Below are positions 46,814-55,702 of a stretch of DNA of 58,126 nucleotides, piece by piece; position 1 is the stretch's first letter, and each line of letters opens with the position of its first letter. Under the pieces are notes generated by a model. The model worked only from the letters and a program-made list of their open reading frames with translations, made no database searches and was not told where the DNA came from. Made by a program: the position numbers and the translations under genes. Source of the DNA: a virus (lineage: Duplodnaviria; Caudoviricetes); the IMG/VR virus record IMGVR_UViG_3300001847_000530, positions 1-58,126 of that record; one strand, 5' to 3'.

Positions 46814-46834
46814 TTACTAAACACTTTTTATAAT

Positions 46835-47425
46835 ATGAGCGCAGACAAAAACTTCGAATCACACGTTGCAGAAACTGGATCAAATATCCAGGGACGCATT
46901 ATTCCAGACAGCAATATCAATGCTCTGGACTATTCAGACATTCTTAAGTTTTCAAACTGCAAAGACATTGTGGTTGATGGCTGTACTGTTACTGGCGGCC
47001 AAGAAGATTGCATCGATGCAGTACGCGGATCAAACTACACGATCAAAAACTGCACACTGCTTCCTTACGTCAATGGCATCACTCTGAAAGGATCAATCGA
47101 TGGCATTCGCATTCAGAATGTCGTGTTTGCGAATCACGGAAAAGAATGCGACATTGACATTGGACAGTTTGACAATTACTGGTGGATCGGTCGTGCTTCA
47201 ACACGAAACATTCGCATCGATGGAGTAAATGCTACTGATGGAAAGCCAGTGATTGTTCGTCTGTGGGATTCAGATACTCCTACCGTCACGAATTCAAACG
47301 TCAAGATCATTCGCATTCCAAAGATTATCTGGTGGCCTTACTTTGTGTTTCGCGCCGGTCAGACGCGCGGATTCAAGAACGTAGCTACTCCAGTTGCCGA
47401 CAGCTCTTTTATCAAGACCAAATAA
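46835..47425 (+). CDS. Short right-handed beta-helix (pectin-lyase-like) protein
   Basis: EDCID..RGSNYTI.NC, GITLKG and I..V.F repeats. Confidence 0.65.
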   Translation: MSADKNFESHVAETGSNIQGRIIPDSNINALDYSDILKFSNCKDIVVDGCTVTGGQEDCIDAVRGSNYTIKNCTLLPYVNGITLKGSIDGIRIQNVVFANHGKECDIDIGQFDNYWWIGRASTRNIRIDGVNATDGKPVIVRLWDSDTPTVTNSNVKIIRIPKIIWWPYFVFRAGQTRGFKNVATPVADSSFIKTK

Positions 47426-47426
47426 T

Positions 47427-47897
47427 ATGAAATCATTAATCGTATACTCGTCATTGCTTCTAGCGCTTGCAACTTCTGGTTGGGCGCAGAGCGCTAATAC
47501 TGCCGCAGGTGCTGCCATCGGCGCCGTTGCTGGTGCTGCAATCGGAGCACATAATAAAGCTCCTGTTGCTAGCGCAATAACCGGTGCTATTGTTGGAGGT
47601 CTGATCGGCAATGCAGTTGACCAGAATTCTGCTCCGCCTCCGCCACCACCTCCTCCTCCGCCACCTCCTCCACCGCCGCCCGTACCAGCTACTCCTTCGG
47701 CAGACATCATCGTTCGTGAGGTACCCGTGGTTGTGGTTGAAACGCCCATCATAATTGATGAACGTATCTGGGTCGGAAATGATTTGTGGATCTATTCATA
47801 CCACGGATTCCGTGATCGCGCAGGCCGTATTCGCTACGAAAGCCGCGTGCCGTTTCATCGCGTATTTGTTCGCGGTGGATATCGATATCGCCGATAA
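47427..47897 (+). CDS. Exported glycine-zipper protein with poly-Pro tract
   Basis: GAAIGAVAGAAIG, GAIVGGLIG, long Pro run. Confidence 0.75.
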   Translation: MKSLIVYSSLLLALATSGWAQSANTAAGAAIGAVAGAAIGAHNKAPVASAITGAIVGGLIGNAVDQNSAPPPPPPPPPPPPPPPPVPATPSADIIVREVPVVVVETPIIIDERIWVGNDLWIYSYHGFRDRAGRIRYESRVPFHRVFVRGGYRYRR

Positions 47898-47902
47898 GAT
47901 TT

Positions 47903-48145
47903 ATGTCTCAGCCGCAAAAATATAAGCTTAAGCGCTTGTACGATGCGATAATTCCGCTACTGCAAAATTTGAAAAAGAGCTCAGAAACAACACCCGATGA
48001 GCAGCGCGCACAGCGTCTGGCAATCGATTCGCTGGGCGATAGAATCTGGGTTACCACAGATCTTTATCTTTTCATAGCATTCTCAGGAGTCTTTGGATTT
48101 GGCCTTGGACTTCTGATTGGAATCATAGCTGCATATGGCCGATAA
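47903..48145 (+). CDS. Small membrane protein sharing a segment with the next gene
   Basis: KLKRLYDAIIPLLQNLKK. Confidence 0.5.
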   Translation: MSQPQKYKLKRLYDAIIPLLQNLKKSSETTPDEQRAQRLAIDSLGDRIWVTTDLYLFIAFSGVFGFGLGLLIGIIAAYGR

Positions 48146-48392
48146 CAAAGACATCTTCGATTTTGGTTTTACCGCTGTCGATGAAGACGAGCTCGATATC
48201 TCGAAGCAGGCAGAAGAAGCACGCACGATTGCGGGGCAGCACGAGGACAAGCTGAATCGCTTGTATGAGGCAATTCTGCCGTTGCTGCACAATCTCAAGA
48301 AGAACCCAGAGAAGGACTACATCAAATGGCCCAACCGCGTGAAGAAGGTTGAGGAATTTGAGAAGATGATTGCTGGCATCGTGAATGGATAA
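48135..48392 (+). CDS. Conserved T4-like hypothetical protein
   Basis: FDFGFTAVDEDEL...NPEKDYI.WPNR. Confidence 0.65.
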   Translation: MADNKDIFDFGFTAVDEDELDISKQAEEARTIAGQHEDKLNRLYEAILPLLHNLKKNPEKDYIKWPNRVKKVEEFEKMIAGIVNG

Positions 48393-48676
48393 TGAACGCA
48401 GAAGCCTTCAAGTCGCTGATGGATTTGGGCTTCTCGGTAGCCGCTGTAGCTATCGGCGGAGTATTCATTGTTATCTTGCTGAAGTACATTCTGGCGGGAG
48501 TCGTCTCGGATGTGAAGTCAATTTCAGGACTGGCGGGAATGCTGAACAACCGTGTCCGCACAATGAACAACGATTTGGTCAGAATCGATGCTCTGATTTC
48601 AGCAAAATTTGGATTGCGTGTAGATCTTGAACGCCTTGCTCGTACTGACGGCAAGACTGATGCTCGAAAGGACTGA
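48392..48676 (+). CDS. TM plus coiled-coil protein (paralog 1)
   Basis: NRVRTMNNDLVRID. Confidence 0.65.
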   Translation: MNAEAFKSLMDLGFSVAAVAIGGVFIVILLKYILAGVVSDVKSISGLAGMLNNRVRTMNNDLVRIDALISAKFGLRVDLERLARTDGKTDARKD

Positions 48677-48678
48677 GG

Positions 48679-49005
48679 ATGACAGACGAGATCAGCACGT
48701 TCAAGATGATGGTAAACCAGTACGGGTTGCCGATCATGGCAGCTGGCGGCATGGGATACTTCATTTATTTTGTCTGGAAATTCGTCACGGAGAACATCAA
48801 CACTGAGTTGTCCAACGCGAAGAAAACGATGATTGAGCTGATCGACAGGATTAGAATGCTTGATAATGATTTGATCAGGTTAGAGCAAAAAATCAATACG
48901 GCTATTGAAGTCCAACGAGTCAAAGATGAAAAACCAAAAACAGCATCCGTCATCGAACAGTCTGATACTAATAGTAGTGTTCCTCCTCCTGCTATTTTGT
49001 CTTAG
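48679..49005 (+). CDS. TM plus coiled-coil protein (paralog 2)
   Basis: DRIRMLDNDLIRLE. Confidence 0.65.
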   Translation: MTDEISTFKMMVNQYGLPIMAAGGMGYFIYFVWKFVTENINTELSNAKKTMIELIDRIRMLDNDLIRLEQKINTAIEVQRVKDEKPKTASVIEQSDTNSSVPPPAILS

Positions 49006-49447
49006 CGTGCTTCCACAGTGTGCTTTGCGCGGCTCGGATATGACATACAGTTTCAAGTCGCCTGCGTTCAACGGAATCGGATACTCTGCACACGAGATCA
49101 CTATCGAGAATATCTCGCGTACTCGTAAGCAAAACATCCAGGATGTTGCAAAGGCTGAGGCGGAAAACCTGAAGCTTGCATCTCAGAATACTCCTCTGAA
49201 CAACTTCATCGTCAATCTGCAGGCGCGCATTTACTCGCAGCTGGCCTCGCAAGTCACAGATCAGATTTTCAATGGCAGCGCGACGTTTGGTGCGATCAAT
49301 CTGCAGGGCGGTGCTACAGTAACTTGGGTGCGCTCGGGTGACATTGTGACTCTTTACATCGTCGATCCTGCCACGGGAAATATGACTTCAATTCAGGTAC
49401 CAGTCGGAAGTCTGGCACCTGCTACAACGACTCCGCCTACCGGCTGA
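48926..49447 (+). CDS. csgF: CsgF-like curli assembly protein
   Basis: Signal then MTY.FKSP.F.G; F..NLQ.RI.SQL; directly upstream of CsgG. Confidence 0.75.
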   Translation: MKNQKQHPSSNSLILIVVFLLLLFCLSVLPQCALRGSDMTYSFKSPAFNGIGYSAHEITIENISRTRKQNIQDVAKAEAENLKLASQNTPLNNFIVNLQARIYSQLASQVTDQIFNGSATFGAINLQGGATVTWVRSGDIVTLYIVDPATGNMTSIQVPVGSLAPATTTPPTG

Positions 49448-49450
49448 TCG

Positions 49451-50275
49451 ATGAAGAAACTGCTAACAGCCACACTACTGCTATCTTTACTTTTTAGCGG
49501 CTGTGCTTCAGTTTCGCGCAGTCCACGCATTCTTGAAATGCCGCGACTGCAGGAAAGCCCGCTACAAAAGCAGCTGTTCGCGCTGCCTGCAATCGATGGC
49601 TCAAAGATCACGATTGCTGTCTATAACTTCGCAGACAAGACTGGACAGCGCAAGACTGTAGATACCTACGCATCGTTTTCATCAGCAGTTACTCAAGGCG
49701 CAGACAGCTGGCTGATCGATGCGCTGCGCCTGGCTGGAAACAATCATTGGTTTCAGGTGCTCGAGCGTTCCTCGCTGGACAATCTTGTCAAGGAACGACA
49801 GCTCATCGCGCAGACTCGCGAGTCGTTTCAAGGCAAGGATGCAGAAAAGCTTTCACCGCTGCTGTTCGCGGGCATCATCGCAGAAGGCGGAATCATCGGA
49901 TACGACACTAACGTCTTTACTGGTGGCGCGGGCGCAAGCTTGCTGGGTATTTCGAGCTCGACACAGTACCGCAAAGATGTAGTCACTGTTTCCCTGCGCT
50001 TCATTTCAGTACAGACAGGCGAGGTGATGCTCTCAACAGCAGTGACAAAGACAATTACCTCGGTTGCTCTTTCAGGCAACCTATTCAAATTTTATGAGCA
50101 TGGAGTGACACCAGCAGAATCAGAACTAGGGTTCACAGCAAACGAGCCGAATACAATCGCGGTACGTTCTGCTATCGACCAAGCAGTGATTGAAATCATC
50201 AATCAAGGCGCTAAGACTGGCCTCTGGAAATTCGCAGTGACAGGTAAACCACAACCAACCAACCAAAGCAAATGA
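49451..50275 (+). CDS. csgG: CsgG curli secretion channel lipoprotein
   Basis: FSGC lipobox, VY.F.DKTGQ.K, FSSAVTQG, WF..LER, EGGIIGYD.N, NEP. Confidence 0.92.
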   Translation: MKKLLTATLLLSLLFSGCASVSRSPRILEMPRLQESPLQKQLFALPAIDGSKITIAVYNFADKTGQRKTVDTYASFSSAVTQGADSWLIDALRLAGNNHWFQVLERSSLDNLVKERQLIAQTRESFQGKDAEKLSPLLFAGIIAEGGIIGYDTNVFTGGAGASLLGISSSTQYRKDVVTVSLRFISVQTGEVMLSTAVTKTITSVALSGNLFKFYEHGVTPAESELGFTANEPNTIAVRSAIDQAVIEIINQGAKTGLWKFAVTGKPQPTNQSK

Positions 50276-51078
50276 AAAATAAAGTCGTAGCGCTATTCAC
50301 CCTGCTTTTGCTCCTCACTGCGACAACTCGAGGACAGAATCAGATCTACGTGAATCAGATCACCACGAGTGGCACAACCACTCTCGTTCAGGTAGGAAGC
50401 CTGAACAAAATCGGCTCCTCGCAGACACCAAGCGACATCACGGGAGACAACATCGTCTTTGAAATGCGTCAGATCGGTGACAGCAATACGACTGACTTCT
50501 CGATTGCTAGCGCGAACAACCTGAAGTTCATCTCGGCATATACTGGCAACAGCAACACGCAGAAGTACTACTTCAGCGGTGCTAGCAACAATATGAACTT
50601 CTCGGTGGCAGGCAACAGCAACTCGTTCTTGCTGAACAAGGATACCACAGTAGATCATACCTCGAATACTGACAGCTCGAAAGCCACACTTCAGAACTCA
50701 GACCTGAAGTTTACTGTCACGGGTAATTCCAATACCTTCAAGTTCGCAATCGACTCAGGTAAATACAACTACCTCGATTACAACATCACGGGCAACTCAA
50801 ATACCATCAAGTCCACACAGATCGGCAATACCTCTGGATCTGCTGCTAAGGACGGGCATGAGCAGACAGTCAACATCACTGGATCTTCCAATGATCTGAC
50901 AATCTATCAGGCAGGTATCGAAAAGCAGCTGTTTAACTACACGCTGACAGGATCAACGAACACCGTGAAGATCGTGCAGACACAGGCAGGTTATGCTCCA
51001 GTAATGACTACAACTGGAACAAATGGCCCTGCGGGAACAGCACAGACCACAAATTCGATTACTCCTCCAACACAGTAA
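50272..51078 (+). CDS. Secreted curlin-like beta-repeat protein
   Basis: Signal; repeated Q.G..N and TG.SN motifs; N/S/T/G-rich. Confidence 0.65.
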   Translation: MKNKVVALFTLLLLLTATTRGQNQIYVNQITTSGTTTLVQVGSLNKIGSSQTPSDITGDNIVFEMRQIGDSNTTDFSIASANNLKFISAYTGNSNTQKYYFSGASNNMNFSVAGNSNSFLLNKDTTVDHTSNTDSSKATLQNSDLKFTVTGNSNTFKFAIDSGKYNYLDYNITGNSNTIKSTQIGNTSGSAAKDGHEQTVNITGSSNDLTIYQAGIEKQLFNYTLTGSTNTVKIVQTQAGYAPVMTTTGTNGPAGTAQTTNSITPPTQ

Positions 51079-51087
51079 GATTTAGTA

Positions 51088-52230
51088 ATGAATAGTAAAG
51101 CCGCTATTGCGATCATAGCCATGGCGGCTTTTTTGTCTGCGCACGGAGCGGTGGGTAAGATGGATACTGTCACTGGCCCAACTCAGATCGCGCGCGGCAA
51201 GGAGAAGATCGAAGGCAAGAAAGATACAGATGTCGAGATGAATGACTCTGTCGAGACGCTGAAAGCGCGTGTCGGTATTACCTTTGAGGACAACACGAAG
51301 ATGCAGGTGACAGAATTCTCAAAGCTCAAGATCGATGAATTCGTGTACGATCCCAAGTCAGGTAAAGGTAGTCTTTCTATCAAAGCAGCATTTGGCACAG
51401 TTCGGTATGCATCAGGAGCAATCGCAAAGAATAGCCGCGAGAACGTCAAGGTGCAGACACCGACAGCAAAGGTATCAGTACGCGGCACAGACTTCTCGAT
51501 GACTGTCTCGGAGGATGGCAAAAGCTTGATCGTGCTACTGCCATCGATTCCAAAAGCATCAGGTTTGCCACCGGTTGTCGGTGAGATTACTGTCTCAAAT
51601 CTGGGCGGTTCTGTGCTCATGAATCAGGCATATCAGGCCACATTTGTATCCTCGCAGAACACAGCACCCACACCACCCGTGGTACTCGACTTTCAGGACG
51701 AATCTAAGATCAATAATATGCTGATCGTGGAAACACCGCGTCAGGTTACTCAGGCAGTCAAAGAACAAAAGAAAGAAAAGCAACAAACACAAAGCACCGA
51801 TGATGAAGACAATAAGCCCAAAAAGAAAGACACAAAGACTGCAATTACTCAATCTGATACGCCGCCGGCTACTGCAACAGTGGCTGCACAACAAGCAACA
51901 ACGACTGACAATACTCAGCCAGTGACCACAGATCTGAACATCAATGCTATTCAGCCGCAGGTGCTACAGAATGTAGCAACCGTAATTGAAAAGGCTCAGC
52001 CGCCAGCTCCTCCACCAAATTTGGTTGTTGGTACTGCTGTAGTCAATACTGGGTGGGCATCTGATGGCACGAATGCCACACTGCTGATAGACAATAATGG
52101 CAATGTGGTGCAGTATTCGACAAAGGCGAACGCCAATCTCTTGATAGATATTACGACAGATGAAGGCACTAAATCATACCCGCTGAATTTCGGTGATAAA
52201 CTAAAGGTGAACATCACGCAAAAGAAATAA
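51088..52230 (+). CDS. Exported FecR-domain protein
   Basis: F.D.T...V.E.S.L.ID, V.TPTA..SVRGTDF. Confidence 0.85.
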   Translation: MNSKAAIAIIAMAAFLSAHGAVGKMDTVTGPTQIARGKEKIEGKKDTDVEMNDSVETLKARVGITFEDNTKMQVTEFSKLKIDEFVYDPKSGKGSLSIKAAFGTVRYASGAIAKNSRENVKVQTPTAKVSVRGTDFSMTVSEDGKSLIVLLPSIPKASGLPPVVGEITVSNLGGSVLMNQAYQATFVSSQNTAPTPPVVLDFQDESKINNMLIVETPRQVTQAVKEQKKEKQQTQSTDDEDNKPKKKDTKTAITQSDTPPATATVAAQQATTTDNTQPVTTDLNINAIQPQVLQNVATVIEKAQPPAPPPNLVVGTAVVNTGWASDGTNATLLIDNNGNVVQYSTKANANLLIDITTDEGTKSYPLNFGDKLKVNITQKK

Positions 52231-54287
52231 TGAAGAAGCATCAAATCAAGATCATCGGTATCGGACTAATCATGCTGGCAGTAGCTGTTGCGCTGCGTAT
52301 CTGGGATCCATATCCGATCGAGGTGCTGCGTCTCAAAGGATTAGACTTTTATCAGCGTCAGCAACAGAAAGAAGTATCCAAGAACATTGCTGTCATTGAG
52401 ATCGATGAGGCTGCTCTCGAAAAGAATGGTCAGTGGCCCTGGCGCCGTGATGTGCTGGGTGCTGCTGTCAGCAAGGCGATGGACGCTGGTGCAAGTGCAG
52501 TGGTGCTACCTATCATCTTTGCAGAGCCTGATCGTCTGGGCGGTGATAAGGAATTCATTCAGGTGATCGAGAAGGTACCCGTAATCATTGCTCAATCTGC
52601 TGCTCAGAAAGGCAAAGGCGAGCCAGTGCCGCGCGGGTTAGCAACAATTGGCGGAAAGGCAGAAGACTGGCTGTTCGATTATCCAGCGGCAATAGGACCA
52701 ACTAGTGACATTGGTAAATCGGCTGCAGGCGTGGGCATGCTGCTGACTGCTCCTGAGCTTGATGGGGTGGTGCGTCGTTTACCGCTGATCGTGCAAGTCA
52801 AAGGCGAGAAGTATCCCACATTGCCTCTGGAGGTGCTACGCGTCTTTGGTGGAGAGGCATCCAATCAGGCCAAGGCGAATGAGGGAGGCATCGTTGCTGT
52901 GCGCGTTGCTGGAATTCCGCCGATCAGGACAGATGCAAATGCTCGCGTCTGGCTGAATATGAAGTACACCTTTGAGAGCATCTCTTACACAAAGAATGAT
53001 TGGAGTGCTGTCAAAGGAAAGATCGCAGTCATCGCGCCAACAGCAGAAGGTCTGGCCAATACTGTAGCGACACCTCTGGGTACCACATATGGATACGAGG
53101 TCAATCTGCAAGCACTGCAGATGCTGATCGATGATGCGCGTCTGGAACGCCCAGCGGAAGCTGATCTGTACGAGCTTGCAGCTGGTGTGCTGCTGTGTCT
53201 GATTGCAATCGTGACAATCTGTTACCTGAACTACATCGCTGCGGGTATCCTGTTCGTGATTATGCTAGTCGCACCAGTTCAAACTGGATTTTACCTGTTC
53301 GCGAAGCATCAATCACTCTACGATTTTACCTGGGTGTGCGGCGCGCTGATCGGATCCTGGGGTGCAGCATTGTTCTGGCGGTTCGTGATGGAATTCAAAC
53401 TGAAGCAGCAGATCAAGAAGCAATTTGGTACATACCTTTCGCCTGCCATGGTTGAAAAACTGCAACAGAATCCTGACCTACTCAAACTTGGCGGCGATGA
53501 AAGAGAACTTTCCATTATGTTCACAGATGTTCGTGGCTTCACCGCCATATCAGAACACTATGGTAAGAATGTTCAAGGGCTGACGCAGATCATGAATCGC
53601 TACATGACTGCAATGACTCAGGCGATTCTTGACAACAATGGAACGCTTGACAAATATATCGGTGATGCTCAGATGGCATTTTGGAATGCTCCACTTGATG
53701 ACAAAGAACATGCCAAGAACGCTGTGAAGACCGCGATGAAAATGTTGAAGGACTTGGATGCATTCAATGCCGAAATAACCAAAGAAGGCGTACCAGCATT
53801 TGGTATGGGGCTTGGCATCAACACAGCAACGGTTGTTGTTGGTAATATGGGCAGCACACAAAGATTTGACTATACCTGTCTTGGAGACGGAGTAAATCTG
53901 GCATCAAGACTTGAAGGTCAAAGCAAGCCATATGGCGTAAGAATTGTCCTTGGTCAAGACACAGCAAGATATGTGCAACGCGATTATCAACTGTTTGAAT
54001 TGGACAAGATTGCTGTCAAAGGAAAGAAAGAAGGAGTAAGAATATTCACTGCGCTTGAAAATGAACTTGGTGTCGCAAAAGCACACGTCTTGGTATCTCA
54101 CCAAATGTTCCTGAATGGTTACAGAGAAAAAAATTGGGATAACGCCATTTATCACGCAAAGGAACTTATGAAATACAACAAGGAACTAAAAAAGTATTAC
54201 GAGATGATGATCGAGCGCATCGAGTACCTCCGTGACAATGACCCAGGCGAAAAGTGGGATGGCGTCTACAGAGCGACCAGCAAGTAA
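52230..54287 (+). CDS. CHASE2-domain class III adenylate cyclase
   Basis: IDE..L...GQWPW.R, DGVVRR; TM helices; FTDVRGFT, KYIGDA, GD.VNLASRLE. Confidence 0.92.
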   Translation: MKKHQIKIIGIGLIMLAVAVALRIWDPYPIEVLRLKGLDFYQRQQQKEVSKNIAVIEIDEAALEKNGQWPWRRDVLGAAVSKAMDAGASAVVLPIIFAEPDRLGGDKEFIQVIEKVPVIIAQSAAQKGKGEPVPRGLATIGGKAEDWLFDYPAAIGPTSDIGKSAAGVGMLLTAPELDGVVRRLPLIVQVKGEKYPTLPLEVLRVFGGEASNQAKANEGGIVAVRVAGIPPIRTDANARVWLNMKYTFESISYTKNDWSAVKGKIAVIAPTAEGLANTVATPLGTTYGYEVNLQALQMLIDDARLERPAEADLYELAAGVLLCLIAIVTICYLNYIAAGILFVIMLVAPVQTGFYLFAKHQSLYDFTWVCGALIGSWGAALFWRFVMEFKLKQQIKKQFGTYLSPAMVEKLQQNPDLLKLGGDERELSIMFTDVRGFTAISEHYGKNVQGLTQIMNRYMTAMTQAILDNNGTLDKYIGDAQMAFWNAPLDDKEHAKNAVKTAMKMLKDLDAFNAEITKEGVPAFGMGLGINTATVVVGNMGSTQRFDYTCLGDGVNLASRLEGQSKPYGVRIVLGQDTARYVQRDYQLFELDKIAVKGKKEGVRIFTALENELGVAKAHVLVSHQMFLNGYREKNWDNAIYHAKELMKYNKELKKYYEMMIERIEYLRDNDPGEKWDGVYRATSK

Positions 54288-54291
54288 TAGC

Positions 54292-54359
54292 TATCAACGA
54301 CTTACGTAACTTTCTGTCCTTTCATTTTTTCTTGAATGTGGTAGTGTATTGCTATGATG
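54292..54359 (+). promoter_or_regulatory. Early-promoter cassette
   Basis: TATCAACGACTTA..CCTTTCA..TAGTGT-6 nt-ATGATG. Confidence 0.7.
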
Positions 54360-54608
54360 AATCGCAATACTTCCACTACCCTCACCGCCGAACAGATCGC
54401 TCTGAACGAGTACATTGCTCAGGAGAACGCCGCGTTTGCTGAGCGGATGAAGGCCGAAGGTGCCACGTGGTGGTCCACCTACGCTCTGACCGCCGTCGAT
54501 CTGGCGGAGTACGGTGTCTTCAACATCGAGCAGTTCAAGGCGCACCGCGAGGAAAACGAGCGCCTCTGCGCCGCGAAGGAAGAGCGCAAGAACAGCTACG
54601 GCTGGTAA
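54354..54608 (+). CDS. Hypothetical early protein
   Basis: Follows cassette. Confidence 0.65.
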   Translation: MMNRNTSTTLTAEQIALNEYIAQENAAFAERMKAEGATWWSTYALTAVDLAEYGVFNIEQFKAHREENERLCAAKEERKNSYGW

Positions 54609-54632
54609 TCTTTCGCCACGACGCCCGTTGGC

Positions 54633-54700
54633 TATCAATGACTTAGAAAATTTTGTTTCCTATCATTTTAGCTAGAATAGTGTAGGATATCTCCATGATG
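54633..54700 (+). promoter_or_regulatory. Early-promoter cassette
   Basis: TATCAATGACTTA..CCTATCA..TAGGAT-6 nt-ATGATG. Confidence 0.7.
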
Positions 54701-54970
54701 AAAACGATTAAGCACAACGGTATCCGCTACGACATCGCCAGCAATAACGGCGTCGAGGTTCTGCTCAAGCGCAAGACGCGCACCGGCTGGCGCCAGATCA
54801 CGCTTCAATACCGTGACATTCCGAAGCGTCTGCATCGCGCTCTGAAGGCTAGCAAGACGCACACCGACTACCACATGGTCCGAAACGTGATGAACGGCGC
54901 TCTGGTCCGCGAGGCGGTTGACACACCGTACGGTTGCTCGGTGGGCGATGAGGCCTACTGGTGCAACTGA
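54695..54970 (+). CDS. Hypothetical early protein
   Basis: VRN.MNG..V.E..DTP..CSV..E.YW. Confidence 0.65.
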   Translation: MMKTIKHNGIRYDIASNNGVEVLLKRKTRTGWRQITLQYRDIPKRLHRALKASKTHTDYHMVRNVMNGALVREAVDTPYGCSVGDEAYWCN

Positions 54971-55077
54971 TTGTTGCTCAACGGGTTAGAAAAACCTAGC
55001 GCGCCCGTTGCTAGTCAACGAGTTACAAACGTTAAATAGCTTTACTTTCTGCTAAACTAGTGTAGGATATATCCATA

Positions 55078-55503
55078 ATGAAACTGATTCTTGCGCTGCT
55101 CGCTCTGACCGCCACCGCAAAAGCTGCTTCACCGCAACTGATTGACGCGCTGGTCGCTGTCGAATCGCACGGCAATGCTGCTGCTGTCGGCGACTCTGGC
55201 AAAGCTCTCGGTATCCTGCAGATTCATGCCACAATGGTTGCCGATGCGAATCGCATTGCTGGTACGCACTTTACGCATCGCGAGATGCTTGATCCCACCA
55301 AGGCGCGAGCTGTTGCGTCTATCGTGCTTGACCATTACTCGCGTCAGATCCTACGCACGACTGGACGGAATGCGTCTAACCGCGAGCTAGCGTTCATCTG
55401 GAACGGTGGTGCTAGTGCGTGGCGCCGTGCTGATGCGCCGATGAATGATGCAAAGCAGCGCAACCTCGAGGCGTACTGGAACAAGGTTTCTAAGTCGCTG
55501 TAA
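55078..55503 (+). CDS. Exported lysozyme-fold (SLT-like) muralytic protein
   Basis: Signal; VES.G, GD.G.A.GILQI, WNGG. Confidence 0.8.
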   Translation: MKLILALLALTATAKAASPQLIDALVAVESHGNAAAVGDSGKALGILQIHATMVADANRIAGTHFTHREMLDPTKARAVASIVLDHYSRQILRTTGRNASNRELAFIWNGGASAWRRADAPMNDAKQRNLEAYWNKVSKSL

Positions 55504-55535
55504 CTATCGCTCTGAATAAATACTTTCGTTCTGTG

Positions 55536-55649
55536 AAATGAGCCTACTTCTAGTAAGTAGATCAAGATATCGCACTTCGGCCCTAGACATAATCTGTTGG
55601 CCTAAATAGCATAAAGCATACTTCAACTCAGATTGAGGTAGGCTCATTT
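55536..55649 (+). ncRNA. Candidate structured intergenic RNA
   Basis: 12-bp AAATGAGCCTAC/GTAGGCTCATTT closing stem after AATAAATA. Confidence 0.4.
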
Positions 55650-55702
55650 TACCGAACTTTCTGATTTACATTCCTCCGCCTTTATGGCAGGATGACTACA
55701 TT

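Noticed and set aside
47294-47752. Minus-strand poly-Gly ORF and other long antisense ORFs
   Set aside because: Mirror of the poly-Pro tract and of biased codon usage on the coding strand
11453-55080. CRISPR array or IS ends as the explanation for the TCAACGGGTTA repeats
   Set aside because: Copies are dispersed, degenerate and always at a fixed distance from promoter elements; no regular spacers, cas genes or transposase
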